NCBI GenBank assembly: GCA_001687465.1
Contig: LVLI01000040.1
Span: 1 to 64,000, forward strand
DNA from: Halocafeteria seosinensis
Lineage: Eukaryota
DNA: 64,000 nt
Direction: 5' to 3'
The notes under the pieces were generated by a model. That model made no database searches. It was given only the letters and a program-made list of their open reading frames with translations, and was not told the DNA's origin. Below are positions 13,543 through 25,781 of the stretch, piece after piece. Within the stretch, counting starts at the first letter, position 1. Each line of letters starts with the position of its first letter. The position numbers and the translations under genes were made by a program.

Positions 13543-13977
13543 CGTTCGATGGAGATGACAGCGTTGTAGCGTCGACGCTTATTTCTTCTCTATATCCCGG
13601 AGGGAGTCATGGTGATTATGCAGGAGAGAATAACGGGTATGACCGAACCAGACGCGTGCACTGAGTCTGTAGGCGGTACAAAGACTGGTTTTCACAAACA
13701 CGTCCTAACCTGGCAAACGTCGGACACGTGCCACGTGGCACCTGCACTGCTTGAGAGAACTACTGGTATTTTACAAGCACCTACACATGTCAAAAATGGC
13801 CGTCGAATTTTTTTTGATGAATCTCTTGAACTATCGCTCGCCCACACGCTTGGTAATCCAAAACCCTCTGAGAAAACCAGCGTTATCGCAGCTATCCATT
13901 TAGCCGGTAGGCCATAAATATAGATTACTTGCGTATTTAAACAGTGGAAATGACAAGTTCAGGTCTTCGAATGGCTG

Positions 13978-14489
13978 TTATGCGAAAGCACTGCAATCCA
14001 ATACACGTACGGGTACTGGAGACGGTCGGAGGATTTGTACAAGTTCCATGTGTGTTTTAGTATTGCTCTTACCGGAGGCGTGTATGCTACAGGCTACGTT
14101 ACACCGTATGTGGTGAACCCTTCCCGGAACCGCTCGAACATCCTCACGTTGTGGCGCATCAACGTGACTGACTGACAGTTTGGCCGTCATCAGCCTGCGG
14201 AAGTCCCGCATCTCCCTTGTTCCCCAGGAGCCCGGTGCTTTCCTGGCCATTCTTTGAGGAACTTGATCGCGTCTTGCCCAAAGCCACCCGTTGCCTCTAT
14301 CGCGAACGCAATAATCTCCGTGTGGTGGCCCCCCACCTCCAGGAAGTAAGAGCGGAACACCGTATTGTACGCGTTTGATAGATCCATCGATATCGTTGCT
14401 AGTCCCCGTGTCGCTGATTGCTTGTCAATACCTGCGTGATTGCATTCAGCCGTCCTTCTGTACCGATGGCGAACTTGTGCGGCGCTCAC
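13978..14489 (-). mobile_element. Degraded CRE/RLE-clade non-LTR retrotransposon fragment
   Basis: ISMDLSNAYNTVFR resembles the CRE-type RT motif DxxNAFNxxxR. It is joined to FAIEATGGFGQDAIKFLK...MTAKLSV/TLMRHNVRMF, the restriction-like endonuclease C-terminus. There are frameshifts, including a duplicated GACT near 14166-14173. Confidence 0.7.
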
Positions 14490-14565
14490 AAACTTGCTGT
14501 TTGAATTTCTGTGCTACCGGGACAAATCGAAAATATAAAGAAAGAGGATGATTCGAGTGGAAGTA

Positions 14566-16504
14566 CTAGAGACCTAAGGATTCGATCTCGTATTCCAATG
14601 CGTCCGCGAGTTTCTGAGCATCTTCATGATGCTTCGCTTCGGCGTAGATACGAACCACGTTTTCAGTGCCACTGGGGCGAACAAACGCTCTTCCTTCAGG
14701 AGTGTCATTGACGAGTTCGTCAATTTTATCCTGCAGCTGCTCTGGCTTAACCAACCGAGTTTCGTTGCCTGCGGTCGCATACTGGGTGCGGTCTTGAACG
14801 GCCACCTTAGTTTGTACACTGGGCAACTCAGTGTACTCAGCCAGCCACTCCTCTAGTCCCCAGTTTCGGTGAGCCAAGATAGTAAGAACCATAAGCATAA
14901 CCGACAGAGCATCTCCTACGCACTGGTTGATAAGTTGGATGAACGACAGCAGGCTCTTGGCAGCTTCGTGCACTGCGGGGTCCTCACTCCTTGCTTTCTC
15001 GCGAATGAGCTGGGCCGCGGTATCATTGAAGAGTACAGTTCCATGCCCGTTGGATTCAAAATAGATTCCAATGTCAAAATCGAGTGCTTTACGATGCAAG
15101 TGCTTTACACCGGTTGGAGTGACGACTACTGGAGTCTTGGCCTTTTCGTGGAGGTAGACAGTGGACTTGCCATTGGCATACGCCGTTTGAACAACTCCAA
15201 CGCGCAGTGAGCCGGTTTTGGAAGGCTCTTCAGCTCCAATCAGTTCAATCTGGCATTTGCGAAGCAAATCGGAGAAATGGACTGCGCAAAGAGCGGCAAT
15301 TCGGTCTCCATCCAAGAGATGCCATTCTTTTTTCTCATCATAGAAGTGGAATACAATTCGGTCCGCATCTCCATCGAATGAACACCACCATGACCCTTTA
15401 TGCTCTGCACCAAGAATAAGAGGGTAGTAGAAAACTTGTAGTAAAATAACATTACAACTTGCATTGACTAAAAGCAAAAAGATATGCCACATACCGTCAG
15501 CGTCTAAGTCTTTTGGAGGCTTGGAGTTCTTCTGGACAAATTCTGCCCCACAGCCTTCATTCAAATTGGCAGGATTCCTTTGATCAATAGGATTGTGCAC
15601 TTCCAGGCTGAAAGGTGGGGTATCATAGATCTGTCTCAAGCGAGCTACCATAGGAACTACAGCATTGGCTCCAACTCCATGAGCACAATCCACATGGATG
15701 GTTTTCTGAGAAGACTCAGTGGGCAAGAGCTGTTTTACCGCATCGGCCAACATCGCTGTGTATCCACTGACAGATGCTCTATCGAGCCAAGCCTTTCTCT
15801 CTTCTGCACTTAGGCTTCCAGAGCGAGACAAGTTCATGGCTCGAACCACATGGTGCACTTGAGGTGTCGTCACCGTTCCCAGGTCAATGATATTCACTTT
15901 AAGAGCCTCCAGAGTGTCTTTGACGAGTTTCTTTAGATGAGGAGTGCTCTCTCGAGTATCACCTCCAACCACTACAGTGGCTTTGGCAAAGCAGCCGGGG
16001 CGTATCCAAATCCCTTCCGCGTCTTCGATTTCCCGCAGAGCTTGGATCGTCTCGTCTACCGTGGCCGCATTCGCCACCTTGGTGGCATACTGCACAACAT
16101 ACGCACCCCCACTTTCAGTCATTCATAAGAGAGAGAAAGAGAGAGAGAGGATGAGGTGCAAATACACTTACTTTCTCCCAGGATTGCTCCAGCATGCTCC
16201 CATGGACATCCACCATTTTCAAGCCATTATCTTGGGCTGGGTTGTGGGAGGCCGTGATCATGATACCAACCGCTTCGGACGAGTTTTGCAAGGATCTTAG
16301 GCTGCTTACGATAGCCATACGCGCCGCCGCGGCGTCGAGATCCTCGGCGATCGTCCGAAATCCTGCTGTTCCATAGGGAAGGCGCTTCCCGGAGGGGGGT
16401 CCATAGGGGAGGTTCTCCTGGGAGGGGCCCGGGAGAGGATACTTCTCCAGGATGCGTTTGCACGCATCGTTGATTTCAGTGTCGATATGTGATTGCTCTG
16501 CCAT
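14566..16504 (-). CDS. PGM3: Phosphoacetylglucosamine mutase
   Basis: YGTAGFR, GIMITASHNP, DTRES, TTPQVH, SFDGDADR, VQTAYANG, TGVKHLH, YFESNGHGT and RAFVRPSGTE are all present. Introns lie at about 16171-16100 and 15494-15405. Confidence 0.96.
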
Positions 16505-16593
16505 ATTGTATGCCCGTTCGAAAGTCTTCGATGAAAGATGTATTTGTCAACCCATTCGAGTGCTAGAGGACAAAACAAAAGGAAAGGAAGGAT

Positions 16594-17081
16594 ATGGTTG
16601 GTGGAATCCTTCACTTCCTCCGATCTTCCAAGGCAAGAGCAAGGTCACGGGCGGAAGAGGGACTCGCAGTTTTCGGCTACCGCTGGTTTGCTTTCCTGGG
16701 GATTGTGCGCATGAATAGTCCTCCCATACGCTTTAGCGGACGGCCATATTCAGGTCGTACAGTATACGGTGCAACGTGAAAAATGGAGTCAACGTCTTCA
16801 ACTCAATCCCCTTCGCCAAACCACCGACGGCAGAACGGCGCAAACCACCAGAATCTCCCGAGGTTTGGGAAGATCCAGTAGACGCCTGGAAGCTGAGTTG
16901 GGTTCCCCAAATTAAAATACTTGGGGGCGTCTTGTTGGTAGTTCACCTCTGCGGTCAGGTCATGTCACCATCCATACTTAATGCGTGGGTACATCTGCAG
17001 GGCAACGAAGATTGTCTCTATCTGCACTTGTGGGCGCCGGCAAACGCCACAAAAGAATGCAAACTTCCAGTAATGTTTTGG
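16594..17081 (+). pseudogene. Type-B carboxylesterase N-terminal fragment
   Basis: GVNVFNSIPFAKPP and GNEDCLYLHLWAP..KLPVMFW motifs. There is a frameshift/stop near 16776, and no downstream exons (no HGGG, no GxSxG) are found before SmD3. Confidence 0.65.
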
Positions 17082-17780
17082 GTACGCATGTACAACAGGG
17101 AGGTTTTGTTCTTGCTTGTTTTAAATTATTACATTAATAATAAAATGTCGTCGCGGTATAATCCCGCTGATCCCGGTTACAGGAATTGACTTAACAGTAG
17201 AAATTTGAAACTCTGAAAACTCGAACTACTGTACGAAGCTCAATTCAGTCGAGAAGCAGCGAAAGGCAAGGCAATCAATTCTGGTGGTACTGCATCAAAA
17301 ATAAGACTCCGAAAACTCGAACTACGAAGCCAAAATATCGTTACTCACACCGACCAGATAAAGGATCAAAACATTTCCATTTTCCTTTGCAATGCTAGAT
17401 CTTTTAAAATATGGAGCTTCTCTTGGAAAACCGGGTTGCAACATACAAAGTCAAGATTAACTAGCCGTCACACCCGTCGCTTCCTCTCAGCGCAACTCGA
17501 ACGATTCTCTGGGTTAAATGAAAGAAAAGATTGCCTTCTCCGGGAACTGGAGGGGAACTGACAGTTCCGAACTGTGGACTGTAGACACAATAACAAGGGG
17601 TATTTGCTCTGCTGGAGGCTGTGTTTGGAGTCATGGTTGTAGAGATCGGGGAATCAAGAAGAGCCAACGCTGTATGCGCCCGTGAGTCCCGGATTTGGAG
17701 GCTGTAGAGACTCTCTTAGAAAGATTGAGAGATCCGATTTTTATTTTTTTTTTCATTCACCACCTTTATAGTGCATAACA

Positions 17781-18208
17781 ATGTCCCGTAGCGTACCTAT
17801 AAAGCTCCTCCATGAAGGAGAAGGACATCTAGTTACTGTAGAACTGCGCACAGGGGAGATCTACCGCGGGAGACTAGCGCATGCAGAGGACAACATGAAT
17901 GTCTCATTGAAAGAGGCTACAGTGACCCGACGCGATGGGCGCGTGGGGAAATTAGACCACGTATATCTACGAGGAAGTCATGTGCGAGTGGTAGTACTAC
18001 CTGATATGCTCAAGAATGCCCCTATGTTCCAAAAGGTATCTCAACTTTCAGAGCAAGCCCATGAGGCGATGCGGCAACGAGGCGCCGGCCGTGGAAGAGG
18101 TGAGTTTTTTACCCTTTATTCGGTGTATGGCTACACTCATTGCATTCACCTGTTATGATTGTTATCATTTTGCTAACTACAGGAAGGAATGTCTTCCAGA
18201 CGCGTTAG
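17781..18208 (+). CDS. SNRPD3: Small nuclear ribonucleoprotein Sm D3
   Basis: [44 protein letters not shown] with an RG tail. Exons 17781-18099 and 18183-18208. Confidence 0.96.
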
Positions 18209-18505
18209 TTGGACGACATGCGGTTATCAAAGTGGATTTCTAATAGCATGGATATTTAATTGTGGCATCGTCTAGCAAAGCACGCATCGATGTCAGTGGC
18301 GCAATGCACCTTAGGCTGGATGAAAGGTAATGGGATGGATGTACAATTGTGGTCACCGTGCTCTCGACACACTGGCACAGAAAGCAACGGATATTGTTTC
18401 TGACTACCCGTAGTCGATTGCTGCTACCCTTCCTAATATATCTTGAGGAGGAAACAGGAAGAATACACTAGCGTCGTCTGCTATTTTCCTCCTCTTTATA
18501 ATTTC

Positions 18506-19752
18506 TTACGACTCTTTACCAACCGGCAGCGCCTCTGTATGCATCTGCGTCGGTGTCTGGATAGTGTGCAGACACGATACACCGCATATCGTAACTAAGA
18601 CGAGGAACAGAGTAATCAACATGCCAGCGAAGATATCCGGGGTCATTCGAACCTCGTACTTCGACGTNTTNTTACCGCCACTATTGCCGGCTGCCATTAG
18701 ATCGGCTTCCACAGTGGTGGTTACTACATCCTCAGCAAGGCTACGTGCCCTAGAACTCGGGGAACGTAGGCCATCATTTATGGCAGTGAATATTGCAAGG
18801 TAGTTGGTTCCTGTCGACTTTGCATTTGTTTTAATGCTTTCATCGGTTTTGCGAACTCGTTCTACATCCGCTCGCATGTTTTCTCGTTGTAAAGGCATTA
18901 CCACTACATCAACTCTTCCATTGCCGACAAGGGATCTTGTGTCAAAATTACTGTCGTCATGAACGACCACGTTGCCACCTTGGTGGACCAGCTCGCTGCT
19001 GCCTGCCGGGAGTAGAACATGCAGTCGATACTTGCTTTCATTTTCTAACAACGCCTGAGGAATTCCAATTTTGGAATCCTGTTTTGAGGGTTGCCAGCTG
19101 TTACTCCAAGAGTGCCTTGAGGAGCTACTCATTATAGACTGCATTGATATAATGACCGCACATGTCTTCGTATACTAAAGAAGCGGGAGCAAGCAGGCGG
19201 ACTACATACCTGGAGCGTTGTGTAGGGGCACTCAGATCCACCGGAAGAAAACGATGTCGAGTGAGAACTGGGTACATCCCAGATAGAAAACTGCATTCAT
19301 TTGTAGAACAGTATTGGTATCTTGCTGCTTCCTCGCACTCTGAGTGGGGCTTAAATTCAACATACTTTGTCAGCCACATACACGGCAACCACATCGTATG
19401 TTGAGAATTGTTGGGAGTCACCCAAGAATCCGCTCCAAAATTCTTGGAACGAAGATCCACTGTATACACTGCATAGATAGAGTACAATGCCATCGAAGAT
19501 TCACGCCTTGCAGAACATAAAGCGCTTATTATCGCCGTCCAATACGTACTCGGGCATGTTTTGCTGATTCTGTGGTTCTGTACTAAGATGCTCCCACATC
19601 CATGCAGGCGTATTGCGATTAACCAGCCTACTGCGGCCTTGTAAAGCCAAAGCGCCTTCCAGATGCATGCTGGCTGCCAGGAGCATGCCAGTCATCATCA
19701 ACGCTATACGGCCTACGTAAGACCCATTTCCTTCCATTCTTCCCACCATCAT
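18506..19752 (-). CDS. V-ATPase accessory subunit Ac45/Voa1-like type I membrane protein (4 exons)
   Basis: N-terminal signal peptide, then a lumenal region assembled in phase across three introns. C-terminal MTPDIFAGMLITLFLVLVTICGVSCLHTIQTP resembles the Ac45/VOA1 TM signature. Two N bases at 18668 and 18671. Confidence 0.7.
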
Positions 19753-20477
19753 ATACTCTGTTGTCTTATCTTTCTATCCTGTGTAATGGACCCGAAGGAG
19801 AGCCTCTGTGTAACGTGTGAGAGCCTCTTATAATCCTCCTCTTCTACGGCGGTCTGCTGCTCTCCGAGCTGAGGCCGAGCAGCAATGCAGCAATCTTTAC
19901 GTTCACTTTCGAGGAGGCCGGCATATGCCACTTTTATGTTGCTTTTGAGGCTTGTTTCCAAGTGTTCCACTCTATAACGTAAGGGGGAACCATTCCGAGA
20001 AACCTCTGAGAAGAGACTGGACTCGTAGCGTGGGGTATTATAGTAACAGGTATGTATAAGGACCACCTCCTGGGAGGGAGGGCGTCACTCTCCTTTGGTC
20101 CCCTTGGGCTTCCCCTGGGGGACGACCCTCTGTAGGGTGCTCGTGTTGGAGCCGTATATTGGATAATTCAGACGGTATAGAAGATCACAACAAGTGTGTA
20201 CGGGGAGAAACATTTACGTTTCTCGTATATACTGAAGAATTGGGGATGGATTCGGTCTCATACATTTGATATTATCATGGTTCACTTCCGGGGGCAACGG
20301 AGGGTATCCCTGGACTCTCAGGTCCCTAGAGGGTCCCCTATGCTGTGATCCTAGAATGTTTTTGTGGTTTTCTCGACGAAAAGTTTGTCGCTTTCGATCA
20401 TTGGGTGGATGGAAAGATGGCTTCATTTACATGGTTTTTCTTCGCTTTCCCCCCTATCCAGGTGACTCAAAATAACC

Positions 20478-21046
20478 ATGGCGGATCCATCGGTAATTGA
20501 CCAGAACGAGAAGGCCTTCCAGAAACAGGATGGCGTCTTTTTGGCACGCAAACGCGTATTAGGGCGACGTACCACTAAGGGTCTCAGATTTGTCAGAAAT
20601 GTTGGATTGGGCTTTAAAACACCCAAATCTGCATGGGTACGTACTCGCTGAGAGCTCATCCACCTTTCTCTTTATGTTGTTGATGTCGTGGTTGATGGGA
20701 TTGCTCTCTGCAGGGACCTTATATTGACAAAAAATGCCCATTCGCTGGCCAAGTTTCCATCCGTGGACGTATACTGAAAGGAGAGGTGATCTCCACTAAA
20801 ATGCAACGCACTATTGTTATTCGTAGGGATTACTTGCACTATGTGAAGAAATACCGTCGATTCGAGAAGCGCCACAGAAACATCGCGGCTCACGTTTCCC
20901 CTGCTTTCCGTGTAAAGGAAGGAGATATTGTCGTCGTGGGTCAGTGCCGGCCATTGTCCAAAACAGTACGATTCAATGTCTTGAAGGTAGAGAAATCAAC
21001 AGAAGACCGCCAAGCAGCCGGTGGTGCTGGATTCAAAGCTTTTTAA
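20478..21046 (+). CDS. RPS11: 40S ribosomal protein S11 (uS17), 2 exons
   Basis: [17 protein letters not shown] / [59 protein letters not shown]. Intron about 20637-20713. Confidence 0.97.
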
Positions 21047-21246
21047 GAAAGGATGAATTGACTCTGCTGTGTAACCTAACCCGCCAAGCTTCAAAAGCAA
21101 CACTTATGTTAAACTGTAGTTGTTTTGTTTGACTTCATTTTACTGCCTCAAGGTGAAACAAATGCAACACAACGCGGAATGATATACTGTATTTTATTTT
21201 AAGTATGCTATAGATAGTTTCTCAGATGTGCACCGTTTTCTGTATG

Positions 21247-24200
21247 CTACTTTCGTTTCTTCGACTGAAGAGCCGTCAGCTTGAAAGCGACACTATCCCC
21301 ATCGAATTCGAAGCGTACGGGTAATCCTGCATTCATGAGAGCCTTGCCAGATAAAACAAGTGGGCGAGGGGAGCCGAATTGGTAAACGGGGTTGGCCGGG
21401 TCGTGGACAATCTTTCCAGTACCAAGACGTCGGAGAGTTCCGGGAGAAATTTCCACCACTCGATACCTTTTTTCTGGATCAAGTCCTTTCAATCTCAGGC
21501 GTGGAAGAGTTGAACCGGTTTCTTTCGTCAAACTAAATGCGCACACGAGAGCCTGTTCAACGACAGGGAGGCGAGCAAAAAATTCATTGCTGGTGGCATG
21601 CCCTGAATGTTGAGAATTCTCACTTTCGTGCCGAGCTACGGAGCGTTGTTCTGCGGGAGGATTGGAGGAAGTCGGCTTGCAACTTTCGTCGCAAAGGGGT
21701 TGAGTGTGTCCCTCGAGAGCCGCCTGGCGAAGGGTGCTGCTATGCACCACAAACATCCAAGCCGCGGAGTCAAACTTGAATGGAGACCAAAGTCTATAAA
21801 ATTTCCCAAATGTTGTAATTGGAGCCAACTCTTTTCTCAACTGGATGTAATACTCCAGCTCAGCGAGTTCGGATTCCTTGAAAGGTTCGAGGTCCATTTC
21901 AAGACCAAATGTACCGCACAGCGCCACTAAGAATCGGGTTTTCATACTCGTATGACGAAGGGTTTGATGGTTTGGAACTTCGCTAATATGGGCGCCTATC
22001 GAGGAAACAGGGTAGGCCAATGAAGTTCCATACTGGATTTTGATCCTGGCTAGGGCATCCGTGTTGTCGGATGCCCAGATTTGCGGTGAATAGTACAGCA
22101 TACCAGCATCGAAACGGCCACCCCCACCCGAGCAAGTCTCAATGAGTAGGTACGGGAATTGTTCCCTAAGCGTTTGGAGGACCCGATATACCCCGAGCAT
22201 ATAGCGATGGAAGACTTCACCCTGCTTCGACGGTGGCAGAGCCGCAGAGAATGCTTCACTTAGGTGGCGATTCATGTCCCACTTTATGTAGTCAACCTGA
22301 GCATCAGAAACAAGCCGTACGAGAGTTTGCTTTATGTATTCCACCACTTCTGGGCGACAGAAATCAAGAACCAACTGATTCCTTCCTTCACTTCGATGCC
22401 TCCCAACCATCTGCAGGCACCAGTTCGGATGCTTTCTGTACAAACGAGACTTTACGTTCACCATCTCCGGCTCAACCCATAACCCAAATTTCATCCCGAT
22501 GCGGCGCAGTTCCGCTCCGAGACCGCGGAGCCCCAACGGTAACTTCGATGTATCTTCAAACCAGTCACCTAATGAAGATGTATCGTCGTTTCGTCCCAGA
22601 AACCAACCGTCGTCTACAACCATCATCTCAATCCCTATATTCGCGGCTTTCTTAGCAAGGCTTACCACTTTATCGTGCGTTACATCGAAATACATGGCCT
22701 CCCACGTGTTGAGAAGTACAGGGCATACATTCCAACGGAATTCGGGCGGCACAACTTTCTGGCGAAAGAGACCATGTAGATTCTGGCTAATTTGGGACAT
22801 GCCGGCAGCGCTATAGGCCATCACTACTTCAGGTGATTCAAATGACTCACCAGGGGCCAATGCCCAACGAAACAAGTCTGGTTGTAAGCCAACGTTTACG
22901 CGTGCTCTGCGGGACTCGCTAATCTCTACTTCACCCCGGAAATTGCCAGAATAGATAAGTGCAAAAGCATATACATTGCCACTGTTTTCCGAAGGAGAAC
23001 CATCAGATACAACAATGAATGGATTATGCTGATGAGAGCTTGTCCCACGACGCGATTCGACGAAAGACACGCCCTGCTCCAGCCTCCGAGTGCACATCTG
23101 GCGTTCGCCGGCCCACGCACCTGGAAAAAATGTAGAATCAACCGGATGTGTGCATAAATGTTGTCGGTCTAATAGCGTGCGGAAACTTACCAGATAAATG
23201 CGTCATGCAATACTCTCCGGCATGGAAATCGACAGTACAACTCATGATGCGCGATAGCCTGATGGACTGCCCACCCGCAAAATTTCCCTCAACCAAGCTA
23301 TCACGTGGCATGGGTATATGTCTCTCGTGATATTGCTTTGATGCTTCCACGGAGTAGTAAATCGGTGGAGAGTCTTTGCTCCCTCCACAAGAAGTCGTTC
23401 TTTCTTCCCACCTTTCATATTCACTCTGGCACCCTGGCCCTCCGGCAAGCTCCGCAGGCCAATCGCTCCCACTCCCTTCGCAAGCCCTACCCTCATAGGA
23501 ATGCACACTGCTTTTTCGGCCTTCTTCCTCATCGAATGGATGAACTGGTGGTCTTCGATCTCTTGGTTCCATAGGTCCCTTCAAAAACGTTTTATTATGA
23601 ACAATTGAACGACGGGTGATTACATCAAAGTCCCGAAACACTGCATCACGCAGACGTCACACGTGACTGCCCACCTACAAGATGTAGACCCTATCTTTTC
23701 GCTCAAGCTTACCGGTATATACCAGCTCTACTTCGAGTCCCGTAAATGTATCAGCTAGTGTGATAACCAACGTTGTTGCTTCTTGGTCATCGAATTCTTC
23801 ATCCGTCCGAACGCAAGGCAAAGGAGTCCTCATTATCATCTTGCCTGCGGAGGCAAAGAGCATTAGGTACTACAGAGTACATTGAATCGCTTTGTTTTAA
23901 GAAAGCTTACCAGGATGAATAAAATGGTTCTTGTATTCAAGCGGTGATATAGTGCTTCCATCCTCATACTCAACGACAAAGGATGGCGAACGATAATCGC
24001 CGGTGCCCTGATCGCTGTATTCAAGCAATTTCATATTGCGGCCCACCTCTCCATCATCATCGACACCCATGTTTACCGATTCTTCGTCATGTTCTATATC
24101 CGACACACCGTCGTCAACGCCTACTTCAGTGGCTGTTTGTGCCCCATAAATAGGAGCTAAAGAAGAAGGACGACTTGTTTCGGAAGGTAGCATTTCGTTT

Positions 24201-25781
24201 CCTGCAGCTTCCCTCCGATGGAGACTGGAATAGTGTCCTGCACCTGCCGCCGCTGCAGCTGCTTGGCTACGTGTAGCGGCTTTTGACACACTGGGTAATT
24301 GACCACCGGCATCCCTTTTTCCAGATTCTTCTGCAGAACTTCTGTTTCCTAAGTCTCCCTCACTGCGAACTCGCCTCAACCGGGGAGGACCATGAGCCTT
24401 GGAAACCGCTTGCGCTCCCGCGACCGGAATAAAATCCTGGTGAACTCCCTCATTGAGATCGTCCTTTTCAACTTCTACGCTATCAGTCCGTCCCCTTCTT
24501 CCGTAAGTGTCTCTTGGTTGGTGGATCTGACCTACTGCACTGATCGGACCTCCCCGATTTTGTGATACGCGTTCTTCCCGAAGTGTCTCTTCGTCAGTTG
24601 TGTATCCCGTCTGAGTATCTGGCCCCTCCACATCCCCGGCCCCCGAGTACTGATTAAGGTTCGATGCATTGGGATTCAGGATGGACTCTACGACAGATGA
24701 TACTCCACGTCTTGCCTCCCCCTCGTCTCTCAAATCTCGTACTTGTGGTGCCACGCTTGGGATCGGATTGGCAGAGGGTAGCTCTTCCGCGTCTTCTGTT
24801 ACATACTCTACCGAGTCTGTGGTTCTTGGTGACTCCATTCCATTTCTCGAAAGATATGGCTGGGCCAAAGCACCCATTGCTTCGGCTATTTTGTTATAGT
24901 CAGCTTTTTGGGGGTCAGTCGCGTCAACGGAACTCGACGAACCAGATTGATGTTTTGACCCCTCACTCTTGAAACTATTATTCTGAGGCGACACTGGAGA
25001 CGTTGGAGTCCCTCCTTCTTCTGTTATTGTCCTCAAAGCAGAGATAGTTAAATGTGGATTTTCTTGCTCTCCTTTTCCCGGACCAGAAGGAACTCCAGGT
25101 AGAGAACTATCTTGAAGGAGTTCGGTTACTCGAGCCCGAGTTCTGTCTGCCTGTTCAGGGCAATGAGCTTGCATTTGCATCAATCTCCACGCCGCATTTT
25201 CAATTCGAGCAGCGGTAATGGAATCTGGGTCATCCGTTCCGGCGTTGTATACTTGGGCTCGAGCCCAAATGGCACGAAGTGAGCTCGGGTCTTCATGAGC
25301 TAACTGACTTATCACTTGACCAGCTGTAATGGGAGCAGGCTGCAACTCAAAACAAGGCGATATGTTTAGGCCTAAAGACGTCTTTGAAAAACATTGACGC
25401 TAGGAACTTACCTTCGGATCAAATGGTAGGCTGACATTTGCGTACTGAAGGTAGCTCATGTCGTCTTTACTGTCGATCCAGGGGCCCCAATACAGGTGCT
25501 CCAACCATCCATTTTTGTCAACCCGGAAGCAGTAGACGGAACTGGCGCAGCACAAATAAAACGAGCGTGTAGTTTTCCGGAAGTAAATCTTTCCAGGTTG
25601 GAACCCAGTTTTGGGAGGCTCATGGCTACTTCGCTGTTTGCGTCGGCCAGCCGGTTTCCGGTTCGAGAATGGCGCTGAACCCACGGAGGGGGGATCTTTC
25701 GGCTGAAAAAGGTAGAAGACAGAGGTAAAGAGGTATTAATGACAGCTTGACAACAGGCTGGCTTGTCCTTACAGCTGGCAT
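21247..25781 (-). CDS. GH36 alpha-galactosidase with large insertions, no signal peptide (6 exons)
   Basis: Exons 25781-25773, 25702-25412, 25339-23911, 23844-23713, 23640-23191 and 23120-21247 join in phase. Motifs: LEHLYWG, EYSDQGTGDYRSP, GAWAGER, LIYSGNF, LNTWEAMYFD, VVDDGWF, FGLWVEPEM, YIKWDMNR, CSGGGGRFD and WASDNTDA. Confidence 0.95.

Noticed and set aside
374..16504. GNPDA and PGM3 as an amino-sugar metabolic gene cluster
   Set aside because: They are 12.6 kb apart, separated by unrelated genes, and no other GlcNAc-pathway gene is present. Chance linkage is adequate.
18660..18675. XX residues in the Voa1-like ORF
   Set aside because: They are caused by two ambiguous N bases, an assembly artefact.
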